A stretch of DNA of 64,000 nucleotides from Eledone cirrhosa (taxonomy: Eukaryota): positions 136,400,001-136,464,000 of the forward strand of contig OZ024744.1 of the NCBI GenBank assembly GCA_964016885.1, in the 5' to 3' direction. The notes under the pieces were generated by a model. The model was not told where the DNA came from, did not search any database, and saw only the letters and a list, made by a program, of their open reading frames with translations. The translations under genes were made by a program, and so were the position numbers. Each line of letters starts with the position of its first letter. Position 1 is the first letter of the stretch. Shown one piece after another: positions 15,201-30,900 of the stretch.

Positions 15201-18200
15201 TGTACGGGAGAGGAGACAGGTGGTATGAACATGTGATGAGTTGAGAAACTGTGTCTGAGAGGGATAGAATGTAGTGTGCGAGAGAGGAGACTGAGGTGGT
15301 ATGGACATGTGATGACTTGAGAGAGAAACTGTGTCTGAGAGAGATAGAATGTAGTGTGTGAGAGAGGAGACTGAGGTGGTATGGACATGTGATGTGTTGT
15401 GAGAGAAACTGTGTCTGAGAGAGATAGAATGTAGTGTGTGAGAGGGGAGACTGAGGTGGTATAGACATGTGATGAGTTGAGAGAGAAACTGTGACTGAGA
15501 GGGATAGAATGTGGTGTGCGAGAGAGGAGACTGAGGTGGTATGGACATGTGATGTGTTGAGAGAGAAACCGTGTCTGAGAGGGATAGAATGTAGTGTGCG
15601 AGAGAGGAGACTGAGGTGCTATGGACATGTGATGTGTCGAGAGAGAAACTGTGTCTGAGAGGGATATAATGTAGTGTGCGAGAGAGGAGACTGAGGTGGT
15701 ATGGACATGTGATGTGTTGAGAGAGAAACTGTGTCTGAGAGGGATATAATGTAGTGTGCGAGAGAGGAGACTGAGGTGGTATGGACATGTGATGTGTTGA
15801 GAGAGAAACTGTGTCTGAGAGGGATAGAATGTAGTGTGCGAGAGAGGAGACTGAGGTGGTATGGACATGTGATGTGTTGAGAGAGAAACTGTGTCTGAGA
15901 GGGATAGAATGTAGTGTGCGAGAGAGGAGACTGAGGTGGTATGGACATGTGATGACTTGAGAGAGAAACTGTCTGAGAGGGATAGAATGTAGTGTGCGAG
16001 AGGGGAGACTGAGGTAGTATAGACATGTGATGAATTGAGAGAGAAACTGTGTCTGAGAGGGATAGAATGTAGTGTACGGGAGAGGAGACAGGTGGTATGA
16101 ACATGTGATGAGTTGAGAGAGAAACTGTGTCTGAGAGGGATAGAATGTAGTGTGCGAGAGAGGAGACTGAGGTGGTATGGACATGTGATGAGTTGAGAGA
16201 GAAACTGTGTCTGAGAGAGATAGAATGTAGTGTGTGAGAGAAGAGACTGAGGTGGTATGGACATGTGATGTGTTGAGAGAGAAACTGTGTCTGAGAGAGA
16301 TAGAATGTAGTGTGTGAGAGGGGAGACTGAGGTGGTATGGACATGTGATGAGTTGAGAGAGAAACTGTCTGAGAGGGATAGAATGTAGTGTGCGAGAGAG
16401 GAGACTGAGGTGGTATGGACATGTGAAGTGTTGAGAGAGAAACTGTGTCTGAGAGAGATAGAATGTAGTGTGTGAGAGAGGAGACTGAGGTGGTATGGAC
16501 ATGTGATGTGTTGTGAGAGAAACTGTGTCTGAGAGAGATAGAATGTAGTGTGTGAGAGGGGAGACTGAGGTGGTATAGACATGTGATGAGTTGAGAGAGA
16601 AACTGTGACTGAGAGGGATAGAATGTGGTGTGCGAGAGAGGAGACTGAGGTGGTATGGACATGTGATGTGTTGAGAGAGAAACCGTGTCTGTGAGGGATA
16701 GAATGTAGTGTGCGAGAGAGGAGACTGAGGTGCTATGGACATGTGATGTGTCGAGAGAGAGACTGTGTCTGAGAGGGATATAATGTAGTGTGCGAGAGAG
16801 GAGACTGAGGTGGTATGGACATGTGATGTGTTGAGAGAGAAACTGTGTCTGAGAGGGATATAATGTAGTGTGCGAGAGAGGAGACTGAGGTGGTATGGAC
16901 ATGTGATGTGTTGAGAGAGAAACTGTGTCTGAGAGGGATAGAATGTAGTGTGCGAGAGAGGAGACTGAGGTGGTATGGACATGTGATGAGTTGAGAGAGA
17001 AACTGTCTGAGAGGGATAGAATGTAGTGTGCGAGAGAGGAGACTGAGGTGGTATGGACATGTGATGTGTTGAGAGAGAAACTGTGCCTGAGAGGGATAGA
17101 ATGTAGTGTGCGAGAGAGGAGACTGAGGTGGTATGGACATGTGATGAGTTGAGAGAGAAACTGTCTGAGAGGGATAGAATGTAGTGTGCGAGAGAGGAGA
17201 CTGAGGTGGTATGGACATGTGAAGTGTTGAGAGAGAAACTGTGTCTGAGAGAGATAGAATGTAGTGTGTGAGAGAGGAGACTGAGGTGGTATGGACATGT
17301 GATGTGTTGTGAGAGAAACTGTGTCTGAGAGAGATAGAATGTAGTGTGTGAGAGGGGAGACTGAGGTGGTATAGACATGTGATGAGTTGAGAGAGAAACT
17401 GTGACTGAGAGGGATAGAATGTGGTGTGCGAGAGAGGAGACTGAGGTGGTATGGACATGTGATGTGTTGAGAGAGAAACCGTGTCTGTGAGGGATAGAAT
17501 GTAGTGTGCGAGAGAGGAGACTGAGGTGCTATGGACATGTGATGTGTCGAGAGAGAGACTGTGTCTGAGAGGGATATAATGTAGTGTGCGAGAGAGGAGA
17601 CTGAGGTGGTATGGACATGTGATGTGTTGAGAGAGAAACTGTGTCTGAGAGGGATATAATGTAGTGTGCGAGAGAGGAGACTGAGGTGGTATGGACATGT
17701 GATGTGTTGAGAGAGAAACTGTGTCTGAGAGGGATAGAATGTAGTGTGCGAGAGAGGAGACTGAGGTGGTATGGACATGTGATGAGTTGAGAGAGAAACT
17801 GTCTGAGAGGGATAGAATGTAGTGTGCGAGAGAGGAGACTGAGGTGGTATGGACATGTGATGTGTTGAGAGAGAAACTGTGTCTGAGAGGGATAGAATGT
17901 AGTGTGCGAGAGAGGAGACTGAGGTGGTATGGACATGTGATGACTTGAGAGAGAAACTGTCTGAGAGGGATAGAATGTAGTGTGCGAGAGGGGAGACTGA
18001 GGTAGTATAGACATGTGATGAATTGAGAGAGAAACTGTGTCTGAGAGGGATAGAATGTAGTGTACGGGAGAGGAGACAGGTGGTATGGACATGTGATGAG
18101 TTGAGAGAGAAACTGTGTCTGAGAGGGATAGAATGTAGTGTGCGAGAGAGGAGACTGAGGTGGTATGGACATGTGATGAGTTGAGAGAGAAACTGTGTCT

Positions 18201-21200
18201 GAGAGGGATAGAATGTAGTGTGCGAGAGAGGAGACTGAGGTGGTATGGACATGTGATGAGTTGAGAGAGAAACTGTGTCTGAGAGGGATAGAATGTAGTG
18301 TGCGAGAGAGGAGACGGAGGTGGTATGGACATGTGATGAGTTGAGAGAGAAACTGTGTCTGAGAGGGATAGAATGTAGTGTACGGGAGAGGAGACAGGTG
18401 GTATGAACATGTGATGAGTTGAGAAACTGTGTCTGAGAGGGATAGAATGTAGTGTGCGAGAGAGGAGACTGAGGTGGTATGGACATGTGATGACTTGAGA
18501 GAGAAACTGTGTCTGAGAGAGATAGAATGTAGTGTGTGAGAGAGGAGACTGAGGTGGTATGGACATGTGATGTGTTGTGAGAGAAACTGTGTCTGAGAGA
18601 GATAGAATGTAGTGTGTGAGAGGGGAGACTGAGGTGGTATAGACATGTGATGAGTTGAGAGAGAAACTGTGACTGAGAGGGATAGAATCTGGTGTGCGAG
18701 AGAGGAGACTGAGGTGGTATGGACATGTGATGTGTTGAGAGAGAAACCGTGTCTGAGAGGGATAGAATGTAGTGTGCGAGAGAGGAGACTGAGGTGCTAT
18801 GGACATGTGATGTGTCGAGAGAGAAACTGTGTCTGAGAGGGATATAATGTAGTGTGCGAGAGAGGAGACTGAGGTGGTATGGACATGTGATGTGTTGAGA
18901 GAGAAACTGTGTCTGAGAGAGATAGAATGTAGTGTGTGAGAGAGGAGACTGAGGTGGTATGGACATGTGATGTGTTGTGAGAGAAACTGTGTCTGAGAGA
19001 GATAGAATGTAGTGTGTGAGAGGGGAGACTGAGGTGGTATAGACATGTGATGAGTTGAGAGAGAAACTGTGACTGAGAGGGATAGAATGTGGTGTGCGAG
19101 AGAGGAGACTGAGGTGGTATGGACATGTGATGTGTTGAGAGAGAAACCGTGTCTGTGAGGGATAGAATGTAGTGTGCGAGAGAGGAGACTGAGGTGCTAT
19201 GGACATGTGATGTGTCGAGAGAGAGACTGTGTCTGAGAGGGATATAATGTAGTGTGCGAGAGAGGAGACTGAGGTGGTATGGACATGTGATGTGTTGAGA
19301 GAGAAACTGTGTCTGAGAGAGATAGAATGTAGTGTGTGAGAGGGGAGACTGAGGTGGTATGGACATGTGATGAGTTGAGAGAGAAACTGTCTGAGAGGGA
19401 TAGAATGTAGTGTGCGAGAGAGGAGACTGAGGTGGTATGGACATGTGAAGTGTTGAGAGAGAAACTGTGTCTGAGAGAGATAGAATGTAGTGTGTGAGAG
19501 AGGAGACTGAGGTGGTATGGACATGTGATGTGTTGTGAGAGAAACTGTGTCTGAGAGAGATAGAATGTAGTGTGTGAGAGGGGAGACTGAGGTGGTATAG
19601 ACATGTGATGAGTTGAGAGAGAAACTGTGACTGAGAGGGATAGAATGTGGTGTGCGAGAGAGGAGACTGAGGTGGTATGGACATGTGATGTGTTGAGAGA
19701 GAAACCGTGTCTGTGAGGGATAGAATGTAGTGTGCGAGAGAGGAGACTGAGGTGCTATGGACATGTGATGTGTCGAGAGAGAGACTGTGTCTGAGAGGGA
19801 TATAATGTAGTGTGCGAGAGAGGAGACTGAGGTGGTATGGACATGTGATGTGTTGAGAGAGAAACTGTGTCTGAGAGGGATATAATGTAGTGTGCGAGAG
19901 AGGAGACTGAGGTGGTATGGACATGTGATGTGTTGAGAGAGAAACTGTGTCTGAGAGGGATAGAATGTAGTGTGCGAGAGAGGAGACTGAGGTGGTATGG
20001 ACATGTGATGAGTTGAGAGAGAAACTGTCTGAGAGGGATAGAATGTAGTGTGCGAGAGAGGAGACTGAGGTGGTATGGACATGTGATGTGTTGAGAGAGA
20101 AACTGTGCCTGAGAGGGATAGAATGTAGTGTGCGAGAGAGGAGACTGAGGTGGTATGGACATGTGATGAGTTGAGAGAGAAACTGTCTGAGAGGGATAGA
20201 ATGTAGTGTGCGAGAGAGGAGACTGAGGTGGTATGGACATGTGATGAGTTGAGAGAGAAACTGTGTCTGAGAGGGATAGAATGTAGTGTGCGAGAGAGGA
20301 GACGGAGGTGGTATGGACATGTGATGAGTTGAGAGAGAAACTGTGTCTGAGAGGGATAGAATGTAGTGTACGGGAGAGGAGACAGGTGGTATGAACATGT
20401 GATGAGTTGAGAAACTGTGTCTGAGAGGGATAGAATGTAGTGTGCGAGAGAGGAGACTGAGGTGGTATGGACATGTGATGACTTGAGAGAGAAACTGTGT
20501 CTGAGAGAGATAGAATGTAGTGTGTGAGAGAGGAGACTGAGGTGGTATGGACATGTGATGTGTTGTGAGAGAAACTGTGTCTGAGAGAGATAGAATGTAG
20601 TGTGTGAGAGGGGAGACTGAGGTGGTATAGACATGTGATGAGTTGAGAGAGAAACTGTGACTGAGAGGGATAGAATCTGGTGTGCGAGAGAGGAGACTGA
20701 GGTGGTATGGACATGTGATGTGTTGAGAGAGAAACCGTGTCTGAGAGGGATAGAATGTAGTGTGCGAGAGAGGAGACTGAGGTGCTATGGACATGTGATG
20801 TGTCGAGAGAGAAACTGTGTCTGAGAGGGATATAATGTAGTGTGCGAGAGAGGAGACTGAGGTGGTATGGACATGTGATGTGTTGAGAGAGAAACTGTGT
20901 CTGAGAGAGATAGAATGTAGTGTGTGAGAGAGGAGACTGAGGTGGTATGGACATGTGATGTGTTGTGAGAGAAACTGTGTCTGAGAGAGATAGAATGTAG
21001 TGTGTGAGAGGGGAGACTGAGGTGGTATAGACATGTGATGAGTTGAGAGAGAAACTGTGACTGAGAGGGATAGAATGTGGTGTGCGAGAGAGGAGACTGA
21101 GGTGGTATGGACATGTGATGTGTTGAGAGAGAAACCGTGTCTGTGAGGGATAGAATGTAGTGTGCGAGAGAGGAGACTGAGGTGCTATGGACATGTGATG

Positions 21201-21902
21201 TGTCGAGAGAGAGACTGTGTCTGAGAGGGATATAATGTAGTGTGCGAGAGAGGAGACTGAGGTGGTATGGACATGTGATGTGTTGAGAGAGAAACTGTGT
21301 CTGAGAGAGATAGAATGTAGTGTGTGAGAGGGGAGACTGAGGTGGTATGGACATGTGATGAGTTGAGAGAGAAACTGTCTGAGAGGGATAGAATGTAGTG
21401 TGCGAGAGAGGAGACTGAGGTGGTATGGACATGTGAAGTGTTGAGAGAGAAACTGTGTCTGAGAGAGATAGAATGTAGTGTGTGAGAGAGGAGACTGAGG
21501 TGGTATGGACATGTGATGTGTTGTGAGAGAAACTGTGTCTGAGAGAGATAGAATGTAGTGTGTGAGAGGGGAGACTGAGGTGGTATAGACATGTGATGAG
21601 TTGAGAGAGAAACTGTGACTGAGAGGGATAGAATGTGGTGTGCGAGAGAGGAGACTGAGGTGGTATGGACATGTGATGAGTTGAGAGAGAAACTGTGTCT
21701 GAGAGGGATAGAATGTAGTGTGCGAGAGAGGAGACTGAGGTGGTATGGACATGTGATGAGTTGAGAGAGAAACTGTGTCTGAGAGGGATAGAATGTAGTG
21801 TGCGAGAGAGGAGACGGAGGTGGTATGGACATGTGATGAGTTGAGAGAGAAACTGTGTCTGAGAGGGATAGAATGTAGTGTACGGGAGAGGAGACTGAGG
21901 TG

Positions 21903-24900
21903 CTATGGACATGTGATGTGTCGAGAGAGAGACTGTGTCTGAGAGGGATATAATGTAGTGTGCGAGAGAGGAGACTGAGGTGGTATGGACATGTGATGTG
22001 TTGAGAGAGAAACTGTGTCTGAGAGGGATATAATGTAGTGTGCGAGAGAGGAGACTGAGGTGGTATGGACATGTGATGTGTTGAGAGAGAAACTGTGTCT
22101 GAGAGGGATAGAATGTAGTGTGCGAGAGAGGAGACTGAGGTGGTATGGACATGTGATGAGTTGAGAGAGAAACTGTCTGAGAGGGATAGAATGTAGTGTG
22201 CGAGAGAGGAGACTGAGGTGGTATGGACATGTGATGTGTTGAGAGAGAAACTGTGCCTGAGAGGGATAGAATGTAGTGTGCGAGAGAGGAGACTGAGGTG
22301 GTATGGACATGTGATGAGTTGAGAGAGAAACTGTCTGAGAGGGATAGAATGTAGTGTGCGAGAGAGGAGACTGAGGTGGTATGGACATGTGAAGTGTTGA
22401 GAGAGAAACTGTGTCTGAGAGAGATAGAATGTAGTGTGTGAGAGAGGAGACTGAGGTGGTATGGACATGTGATGTGTTGTGAGAGAAACTGTGTCTGAGA
22501 GAGATAGAATGTAGTGTGTGAGAGGGGAGACTGAGGTGGTATAGACATGTGATGAGTTGAGAGAGAAACTGTGACTGAGAGGGATAGAATGTGGTGTGCG
22601 AGAGAGGAGACTGAGGTGGTATGGACATGTGATGTGTTGAGAGAGAAACCGTGTCTGTGAGGGATAGAATGTAGTGTGCGAGAGAGGAGACTGAGGTGCT
22701 ATGGACATGTGATGTGTCGAGAGAGAGACTGTGTCTGAGAGGGATATAATGTAGTGTGCGAGAGAGGAGACTGAGGTGGTATGGACATGTGATGTGTTGA
22801 GAGAGAAACTGTGTCTGAGAGGGATATAATGTAGTGTGCGAGAGAGGAGACTGAGGTGGTATGGACATGTGATGTGTTGAGAGAGAAACTGTGTCTGAGA
22901 GGGATAGAATGTAGTGTGCGAGAGAGGAGACTGAGGTGGTATGGACATGTGATGAGTTGAGAGAGAAACTGTCTGAGAGGGATAGAATGTAGTGTGCGAG
23001 AGAGGAGACTGAGGTGGTATGGACATGTGATGTGTTGAGAGAGAAACTGTGTCTGAGAGGGATAGAATGTAGTGTGCGAGAGAGGAGACTGAGGTGGTAT
23101 GGACATGTGATGACTTGAGAGAGAAACTGTCTGAGAGGGATAGAATGTAGTGTGCGAGAGGGGAGACTGAGGTAGTATAGACATGTGATGAATTGAGAGA
23201 GAAACTGTGTCTGAGAGGGATAGAATGTAGTGTACGGGAGAGGAGACAGGTGGTATGGACATGTGATGAGTTGAGAGAGAAACTGTGTCTGAGAGGGATA
23301 GAATGTAGTGTGCGAGAGAGGAGACTGAGGTGGTATGGACATGTGATGAGTTGAGAGAGAAACTGTGTCTGAGAGGGATAGAATGTAGTGTGCGAGAGAG
23401 GAGACTGAGGTGGTATGGACATGTGATGAGTTGAGAGAGAAACTGTGTCTGAGAGGGATAGAATGTAGTGTGCGAGAGAGGAGACGGAGGTGGTATGGAC
23501 ATGTGATGAGTTGAGAGAGAAACTGTGTCTGAGAGGGATAGAATGTAGTGTACGGGAGAGGAGACAGGTGGTATGAACATGTGATGAGTTGAGAAACTGT
23601 GTCTGAGAGGGATAGAATGTAGTGTGCGAGAGAGGAGACTGAGGTGGTATGGACATGTGATGACTTGAGAGAGAAACTGTGTCTGAGAGAGATAGAATGT
23701 AGTGTGTGAGAGAGGAGACTGAGGTGGTATGGACATGTGATGTGTTGTGAGAGAAACTGTGTCTGAGAGAGATAGAATGTAGTGTGTGAGAGGGGAGACT
23801 GAGGTGGTATAGACATGTGATGAGTTGAGAGAGAAACTGTGACTGAGAGGGATAGAATCTGGTGTGCGAGAGAGGAGACTGAGGTGGTATGGACATGTGA
23901 TGTGTTGAGAGAGAAACCGTGTCTGAGAGGGATAGAATGTAGTGTGCGAGAGAGGAGACTGAGGTGCTATGGACATGTGATGTGTCGAGAGAGAAACTGT
24001 GTCTGAGAGGGATATAATGTAGTGTGCGAGAGAGGAGACTGAGGTGGTATGGACATGTGATGTGTTGAGAGAGAAACTGTGTCTGAGAGAGATAGAATGT
24101 AGTGTGTGAGAGAGGAGACTGAGGTGGTATGGACATGTGATGTGTTGTGAGAGAAACTGTGTCTGAGAGAGATAGAATGTAGTGTGTGAGAGGGGAGACT
24201 GAGGTGGTATAGACATGTGATGAGTTGAGAGAGAAACTGTGACTGAGAGGGATAGAATGTGGTGTGCGAGAGAGGAGACTGAGGTGGTATGGACATGTGA
24301 TGTGTTGAGAGAGAAACCGTGTCTGTGAGGGATAGAATGTAGTGTGCGAGAGAGGAGACTGAGGTGCTATGGACATGTGATGTGTCGAGAGAGAGACTGT
24401 GTCTGAGAGGGATATAATGTAGTGTGCGAGAGAGGAGACTGAGGTGGTATGGACATGTGATGTGTTGAGAGAGAAACTGTGTCTGAGAGGGATATAATGT
24501 AGTGTGCGAGAGAGGAGACTGAGGTGGTATGGACATGTGATGAGTTGAGAGAGAAACTGTCTGAGAGGGATAGAATGTAGTGTGCGAGAGAGGAGACTGA
24601 GGTGGTATGGACATGTGATGTGTTGAGAGAGAAACTGTGTCTGAGAGGGATAGAATGTAGTGTGCGAGAGAGGAGACTGAGGTGGTATGGACATGTGATG
24701 ACTTGAGAGAGAAACTGTCTGAGAGGGATAGAATGTAGTGTGCGAGAGGGGAGACTGAGGTAGTATAGACATGTGATGAATTGAGAGAGAAACTGTGTCT
24801 GAGAGGGATAGAATGTAGTGTACGGGAGAGGAGACAGGTGGTATGGACATGTGATGAGTTGAGAGAGAAACTGTGTCTGAGAGGGATAGAATGTAGTGTG

Positions 24901-27900
24901 CGAGAGAGGAGACTGAGGTGGTATGGACATGTGATGAGTTGAGAGAGAAACTGTGTCTGAGAGGGATAGAATGTAGTGTGCGAGAGAGGAGACTGAGGTG
25001 GTATGGACATGTGATGAGTTGAGAGAGAAACTGTGTCTGAGAGGGATAGAATGTAGTGTGCGAGAGAGGAGACGGAGGTGGTATGGACATGTGATGAGTT
25101 GAGAGAGAAACTGTGTCTGAGAGGGATAGAATGTAGTGTACGGGAGAGGAGACAGGTGGTATGAACATGTGATGAGTTGAGAAACTGTGTCTGAGAGGGA
25201 TAGAATGTAGTGTGCGAGAGAGGAGACTGAGGTGGTATGGACATGTGATGACTTGAGAGAGAAACTGTGTCTGAGAGAGATAGAATGTAGTGTGTGAGAG
25301 AGGAGACTGAGGTGGTATGGACATGTGATGTGTTGTGAGAGAAACTGTGTCTGAGAGAGATAGAATGTAGTGTGTGAGAGGGGAGACTGAGGTGGTATAG
25401 ACATGTGATGAGTTGAGAGAGAAACTGTGACTGAGAGGGATAGAATCTGGTGTGCGAGAGAGGAGACTGAGGTGGTATGGACATGTGATGTGTTGAGAGA
25501 GAAACCGTGTCTGAGAGGGATAGAATGTAGTGTGCGAGAGAGGAGACTGAGGTGCTATGGACATGTGATGTGTCGAGAGAGAAACTGTGTCTGAGAGAGA
25601 TAGAATGTAGTGTGTGAGAGGGGAGACTGAGGTGGTATAGACATGTGATGAGTTGAGAGAGAAACTGTGACTGAGAGGGATAGAATGTGGTGTGCGAGAG
25701 AGGAGACTGAGGTGGTATGCACATGTGATGTGTTGAGAGAGAAACCGTGTCTGTGAGGGATAGAATGTAGTGTGCGAGAGAGGAGACTGAGGTGCTATGG
25801 ACATGTGATGTGTCGAGAGAGAGACTGTGTCTGAGAGGGATATAATGTAGTGTGCGAGAGAGGAGACTGAGGTGGTATGGACATGTGATGTGTTGAGAGA
25901 GAAACTGTGTCTGAGAGGGATATAATGTAGTGTGCGAGAGAGGAGACTGAGGTGGTATGGACATGTGATGTGTTGAGAGAGAAACTGTGTCTGAGAGGGT
26001 TAGAATGTAGTGTGCGAGAGAGGAGACTGAGGTGGTATGGACATGTGATGAGTTGAGAGAGAAACTGTCTGAGAGGGATAGAATGTAGTGTGCGAGAGAG
26101 GAGACTGAGGTGGTATGGACATGTGATGTGTTGAGAGAGAAACTGTGCCTGAGAGGGATAGAATGTAGTGTGCGAGAGAGGAGACTGAGGTGGTATGGAC
26201 ATGTGATGAGTTGAGAGAGAAACTGTCTGAGAGGGATAGAATGTAGTGTGCGAGAGAGGAGACTGAGGTGGTATGGACATGTGAAGTGTTGAGAGAGAAA
26301 CTGTGTCTGAGAGAGATAGAATGTAGTGTGTGAGAGAGGAGACTGAGGTGGTATGGACATGTGATGTGTTGTGAGAGAAACTGTGTCTGAGAGAGATAGA
26401 ATGTAGTGTGTGAGAGGGGAGACTGAGGTGGTATAGACATGTGATGAGTTGAGAGAGAAACTGTGACTGAGAGGGATAGAATGTGGTGTGCGAGAGAGGA
26501 GACTGAGGTGGTATGGACATGTGATGTGTTGAGAGAGAAACCGTGTCTGTGAGGGATAGAATGTAGTGTGCGAGAGAGGAGACTGAGGTGCTATGGACAT
26601 GTGATGTGTCGAGAGAGAGACTGTGTCTGAGAGGGATATAATGTAGTGTGCGAGAGAGGAGACTGAGGTGGTATGGACATGTGATGTGTTGAGAGAGAAA
26701 CTGTGTCTGAGAGGGATATAATGTAGTGTGCGAGAGAGGAGACTGAGGTGGTATGGACATGTGATGTGTTGAGAGAGAAACTGTGTCTGAGAGGGATAGA
26801 ATGTAGTGTGCGAGAGAGGAGACTGAGGTGGTATGGACATGTGATGAGTTGAGAGAGAAACTGTCTGAGAGGGATAGAATGTAGTGTGCGAGAGAGGAGA
26901 CTGAGGTGGTATGGACATGTGATGTGTTGAGAGAGAAACTGTGTCTGAGAGGGATAGAATGTAGTGTGCGAGAGAGGAGACTGAGGTGGTATGGACATGT
27001 GATGACTTGAGAGAGAAACTGTCTGAGAGGGATAGAATGTAGTGTGCGAGAGGGGAGACTGAGGTAGTATAGACATGTGATGAATTGAGAGAGAAACTGT
27101 GTCTGAGAGGGATAGAATGTAGTGTACGGGAGAGGAGACAGGTGGTATGAACATGTGATGAGTTGAGAGAGAAACTGTGTCTGAGAGAGATAGAATGTAG
27201 TGTGTGAGAGAGGAGACTGAGGTGGTATGGACATGTGATGTGTTGAGAGAGAAACTGTGTCTGAGAGTGATAGAATGTAGTGTACGGGAGAGGAGACTTA
27301 GGTAGTATGGACATGTGATGAGTTGAGAGAGAAACTGTGTCTGAGAGGGATAGAATGTAGTGTGAGAGAGAGGAGACTGAGGTGGTATGGACATGTGATG
27401 AGTTGAGAGAGAAACTGCTTCTGAGAGGGATAGAATGTAGTGTGCGAGAGAGGAGACTGAGGTGGTATGGACATGTGATGTGTTGAGAGAGAAACTGTGT
27501 CTGAGAGGGATAGAATGTGGTGTACGGGACAGGAGACTGAGGTGGTATGGACATGTGATGAATCGAGAGAGAAACTGTGTCTGAGAGAGATAGAATGTAG
27601 TGTGCGAGAAAGGAGACAGGTGGTATTGACATGTGATGAGTTGAGAGAGAAACTGTCTGAGAGAGATATAATGTAGTGTGCGAGAGAGGAGACTGAGCTG
27701 GTATGGACATGTGATGTGTTGAGAGAGAAACCGTGTCTGAGAGGGATAGAATGTAGTATGCGAGAGAGGAGACTGAGGTGCTATGGACATGTGATGAGTT
27801 GAGAGAGAAACTGTGTCTGAGAGGGATAGAATGTAGTGTGTGAGAGAGGAGACTGAGGTGGTATGGACATGTGATGAGTTCAGAGAGAAACTGTGTCTGA

Positions 27901-30900
27901 GAGGGATAGAATGAAGTGTGCGAGAGAGGAGACTGAGGTGGTATGGACATGTGATGAGTTGAGAGAGAAACTGTGTCTGAGAGTGATAGAATGTAGTGTG
28001 TGAGAGAGGAGACTGAGGTGGTATAGACATGTGATGTGTTGAGAGAGAAACTGTGTCTGAGAGGGATAGAATGTAGTGTGCGAGAGAGGAGACAGGTGGT
28101 ATGGACATGTGATGAGTTGAGAGAGAAACCGTGTCTGAGAGGGATAGAATGTAGTGTGCGAGAGAGGAGACTGAGGTGGTATAGACATGTGATGTGTTGA
28201 GAGAGAAACTGTGTCTGAGAGGGATAGAATGTAGTGTGCGAGAGAGGAGACTGAGGTGGTATGGACATGTGATGAGTTGAGAGAGAAACTGTGTCTGAGA
28301 GAGATAGAATGTAGTGTGTGAGAGAGGAGACTGAGGTGGTATGGACATGTGATGTGTTGAGAGAGAAACTGTGTCTGAGAGTGATAGAATGTAGTGTACG
28401 GGAGAGGAGACTTAGGTAGTATGGACATGTGATGAGTTGAGAGAGAAACTGTGTCTGAGAGGGATAGAATGTAGTGTGAGAGAGAGGAGACTGAGGTGGT
28501 ATGGACATGTGATGAGTTGAGAGAGAAACTGCTTCTGAGAGGGATAGAATGTAGTGTGCGAGAGAGGAGACTGAGGTGGTATGGACATGTGATGTGTTGA
28601 GAGAGAAACTGTGTCTGAGAGGGATAGAATGTAGTGTGTGAGAGAGGAGACTGAGGTGGTATGGACATGTGATGTGTTGAGAGAGAAACTGTGTCTGAGA
28701 GGGATAGAATGTAGTGTGCGAGAGGGGAGACTGAGGTGGTATGGACATGTGATGTGTTGAGAGAGAAACTGTGTCTGAGAGGGATAGAATGTAGTGTGTG
28801 AGAGAGGAGACTGAGGTGGTATGGACATGTGATGTGTTGAGAGAGAAACTGTGTCTGAGAGGGATAGAATGAAGTGTGCGAGAGAGGAGACTGAGGTGGT
28901 ATGGACATGTGATGAGTTGAGAGAGAAACTGTGTCTGAGAGGGATAGAATGTAGTCTGTGAGAGAGGAGACTGAGGTGGTATGGACATGTGATGTGTTGA
29001 GAGAGAAACTGTGTCTGAGAGGGATAGAATGTAGTGTGCGAGAGAGGAGACTGAGGTGGTATGGACATGTGATGAGTTGAGAGAGAAACTGTGTCTGAGA
29101 GGGATAGAATGTAGTCTGTGAGAGAGGAGACTGAGCTGGTATAGACATGTGATGTGTTGAGAGAGAAACCGTGTCTGAGAGGGATAGAATGTAGTGTGCG
29201 AGAGAGGAGACTGAGGTGCTATGGACATGTGATGTGTCGAGAGAGAAACTGTGTCTGAGAGGGATATAATGTAGTGTGCGAGAGAGGAGACTGAGGTGGT
29301 ATGGACATGTGATGTGTTGAGAGAGAAACTGTGTCTGAGAGGGATAGAATGTGGTGTACGGGACAGGAGACTGAGGTGGTATGGACATGTGATGAATCGA
29401 GAGAGAAACTGTGTCTGAGAGAGATAGAATGTAGTGTGCGAGAAAGGAGACAGGTGGTATTGACATGTGATGAGTTGAGAGAGAAACTGTCTGAGAGAGA
29501 TATAATGTAGTGTGCGAGAGAGGAGACTGAGCTGGTATGGACATGTGATGTGTTGAGAGAGAAACCGTGTCTGAGAGGGATAGAATGTAGTATGCGAGAG
29601 AGGAGACTGAGGTGCTATGGACATGTGATGAGTTGAGAGAGAAACTGTGTCTGAGAGGGATAGAATGTAGTGTGTGAGAGAGGAGACTGAGGTGGTATGG
29701 ACATGTGATGAGTTCAGAGAGAAACTGTGTCTGAGAGGGATAGAATGAAGTGTGCGAGAGAGGAGACTGAGGTGGTATGGACATGTGATGAGTTGAGAGA
29801 GAAACTGTGTCTGAGAGTGATAGAATGTAGTGTGTGAGAGAGGAGACTGAGGTGGTATAGACATGTGATGTGTTGAGAGAGAAACTGTGTCTGAGAGGGA
29901 TAGAATGTAGTGTGCGAGAGAGGAGACAGGTGGTATGGACATGTGATGAGTTGAGAGAGAAACCGTGTCTGAGAGGGATAGAATGTAGTGTGCGAGAGAG
30001 GAGACTGAGGTGGTATAGACATGTGATGTGTTGAGAGAGAAACTGTGTCTGAGAGGGATAGAATGTAGTGTGCGAGAGAGGAGACTGGTGGTATGGACAT
30101 GTGATGAGTTGAGAGAAAAACTGTCTGAGAGGTATAGAATGTAGTGTGCGAGAGAGGAGACTGAGGTGGTATGGACATGTGATGAGTTGAGAGAGAAACT
30201 GTCTCTGAGAGTGATAGAATGTAGTGTGCGAGAGAGGAGACTGGTGGTATGGACATGTGATGAGTTGAGAGAGAAACTGTCTCTGAGAGGGATAGAATGT
30301 AGTGTGCGAGAGAGGAGACAGGTGGTATGGACATGTGATGAGTTGAGAGAGAAACCGTGTCTGAGAGGGATAGAATGTAGTGTGCGAGAGAGGAGACTGA
30401 GGTGGTATAGACATGTGATGTGTTGAGAGAGAAACTGTGTCTGAGAGGGATAGAATGTAGTGTACGGGAGAGGAGACAGGTGGTATGAACATGTGATGAG
30501 TTGAGAGAGAAACTGTGTCTGAGAGGGATAGAATGTAGTGTGCGAGAGAGGAGACTGAGGTGGTATGGACATGTGATGACTTGAGAGAGAAACTGTGTCT
30601 GAGAGAGATAGAATGTAGTTTGTGAGAGAGGAGACTGAGGTGGTATGGACATGTGATGTGTTGTGAGAGAAACTGTGTCTGAGAGGGATAGGATATAGTG
30701 TGCGAGAGGAGGAGACTGAGGTGGTATGGACATGTGATGTGTTGAGAGAGAAACTGTGTCCGAGAGTGATAGAATGTAGTGTAAGAGAGAGGAGACTGAG
30801 GTGGTATGGACATGTGATGAGTTGAGAGAGAAACTGTGTCTGATAGGGATAGAATATAGTGTGCGAGAGGAGGAGACTGAGGTGGTATGGACATGTGATG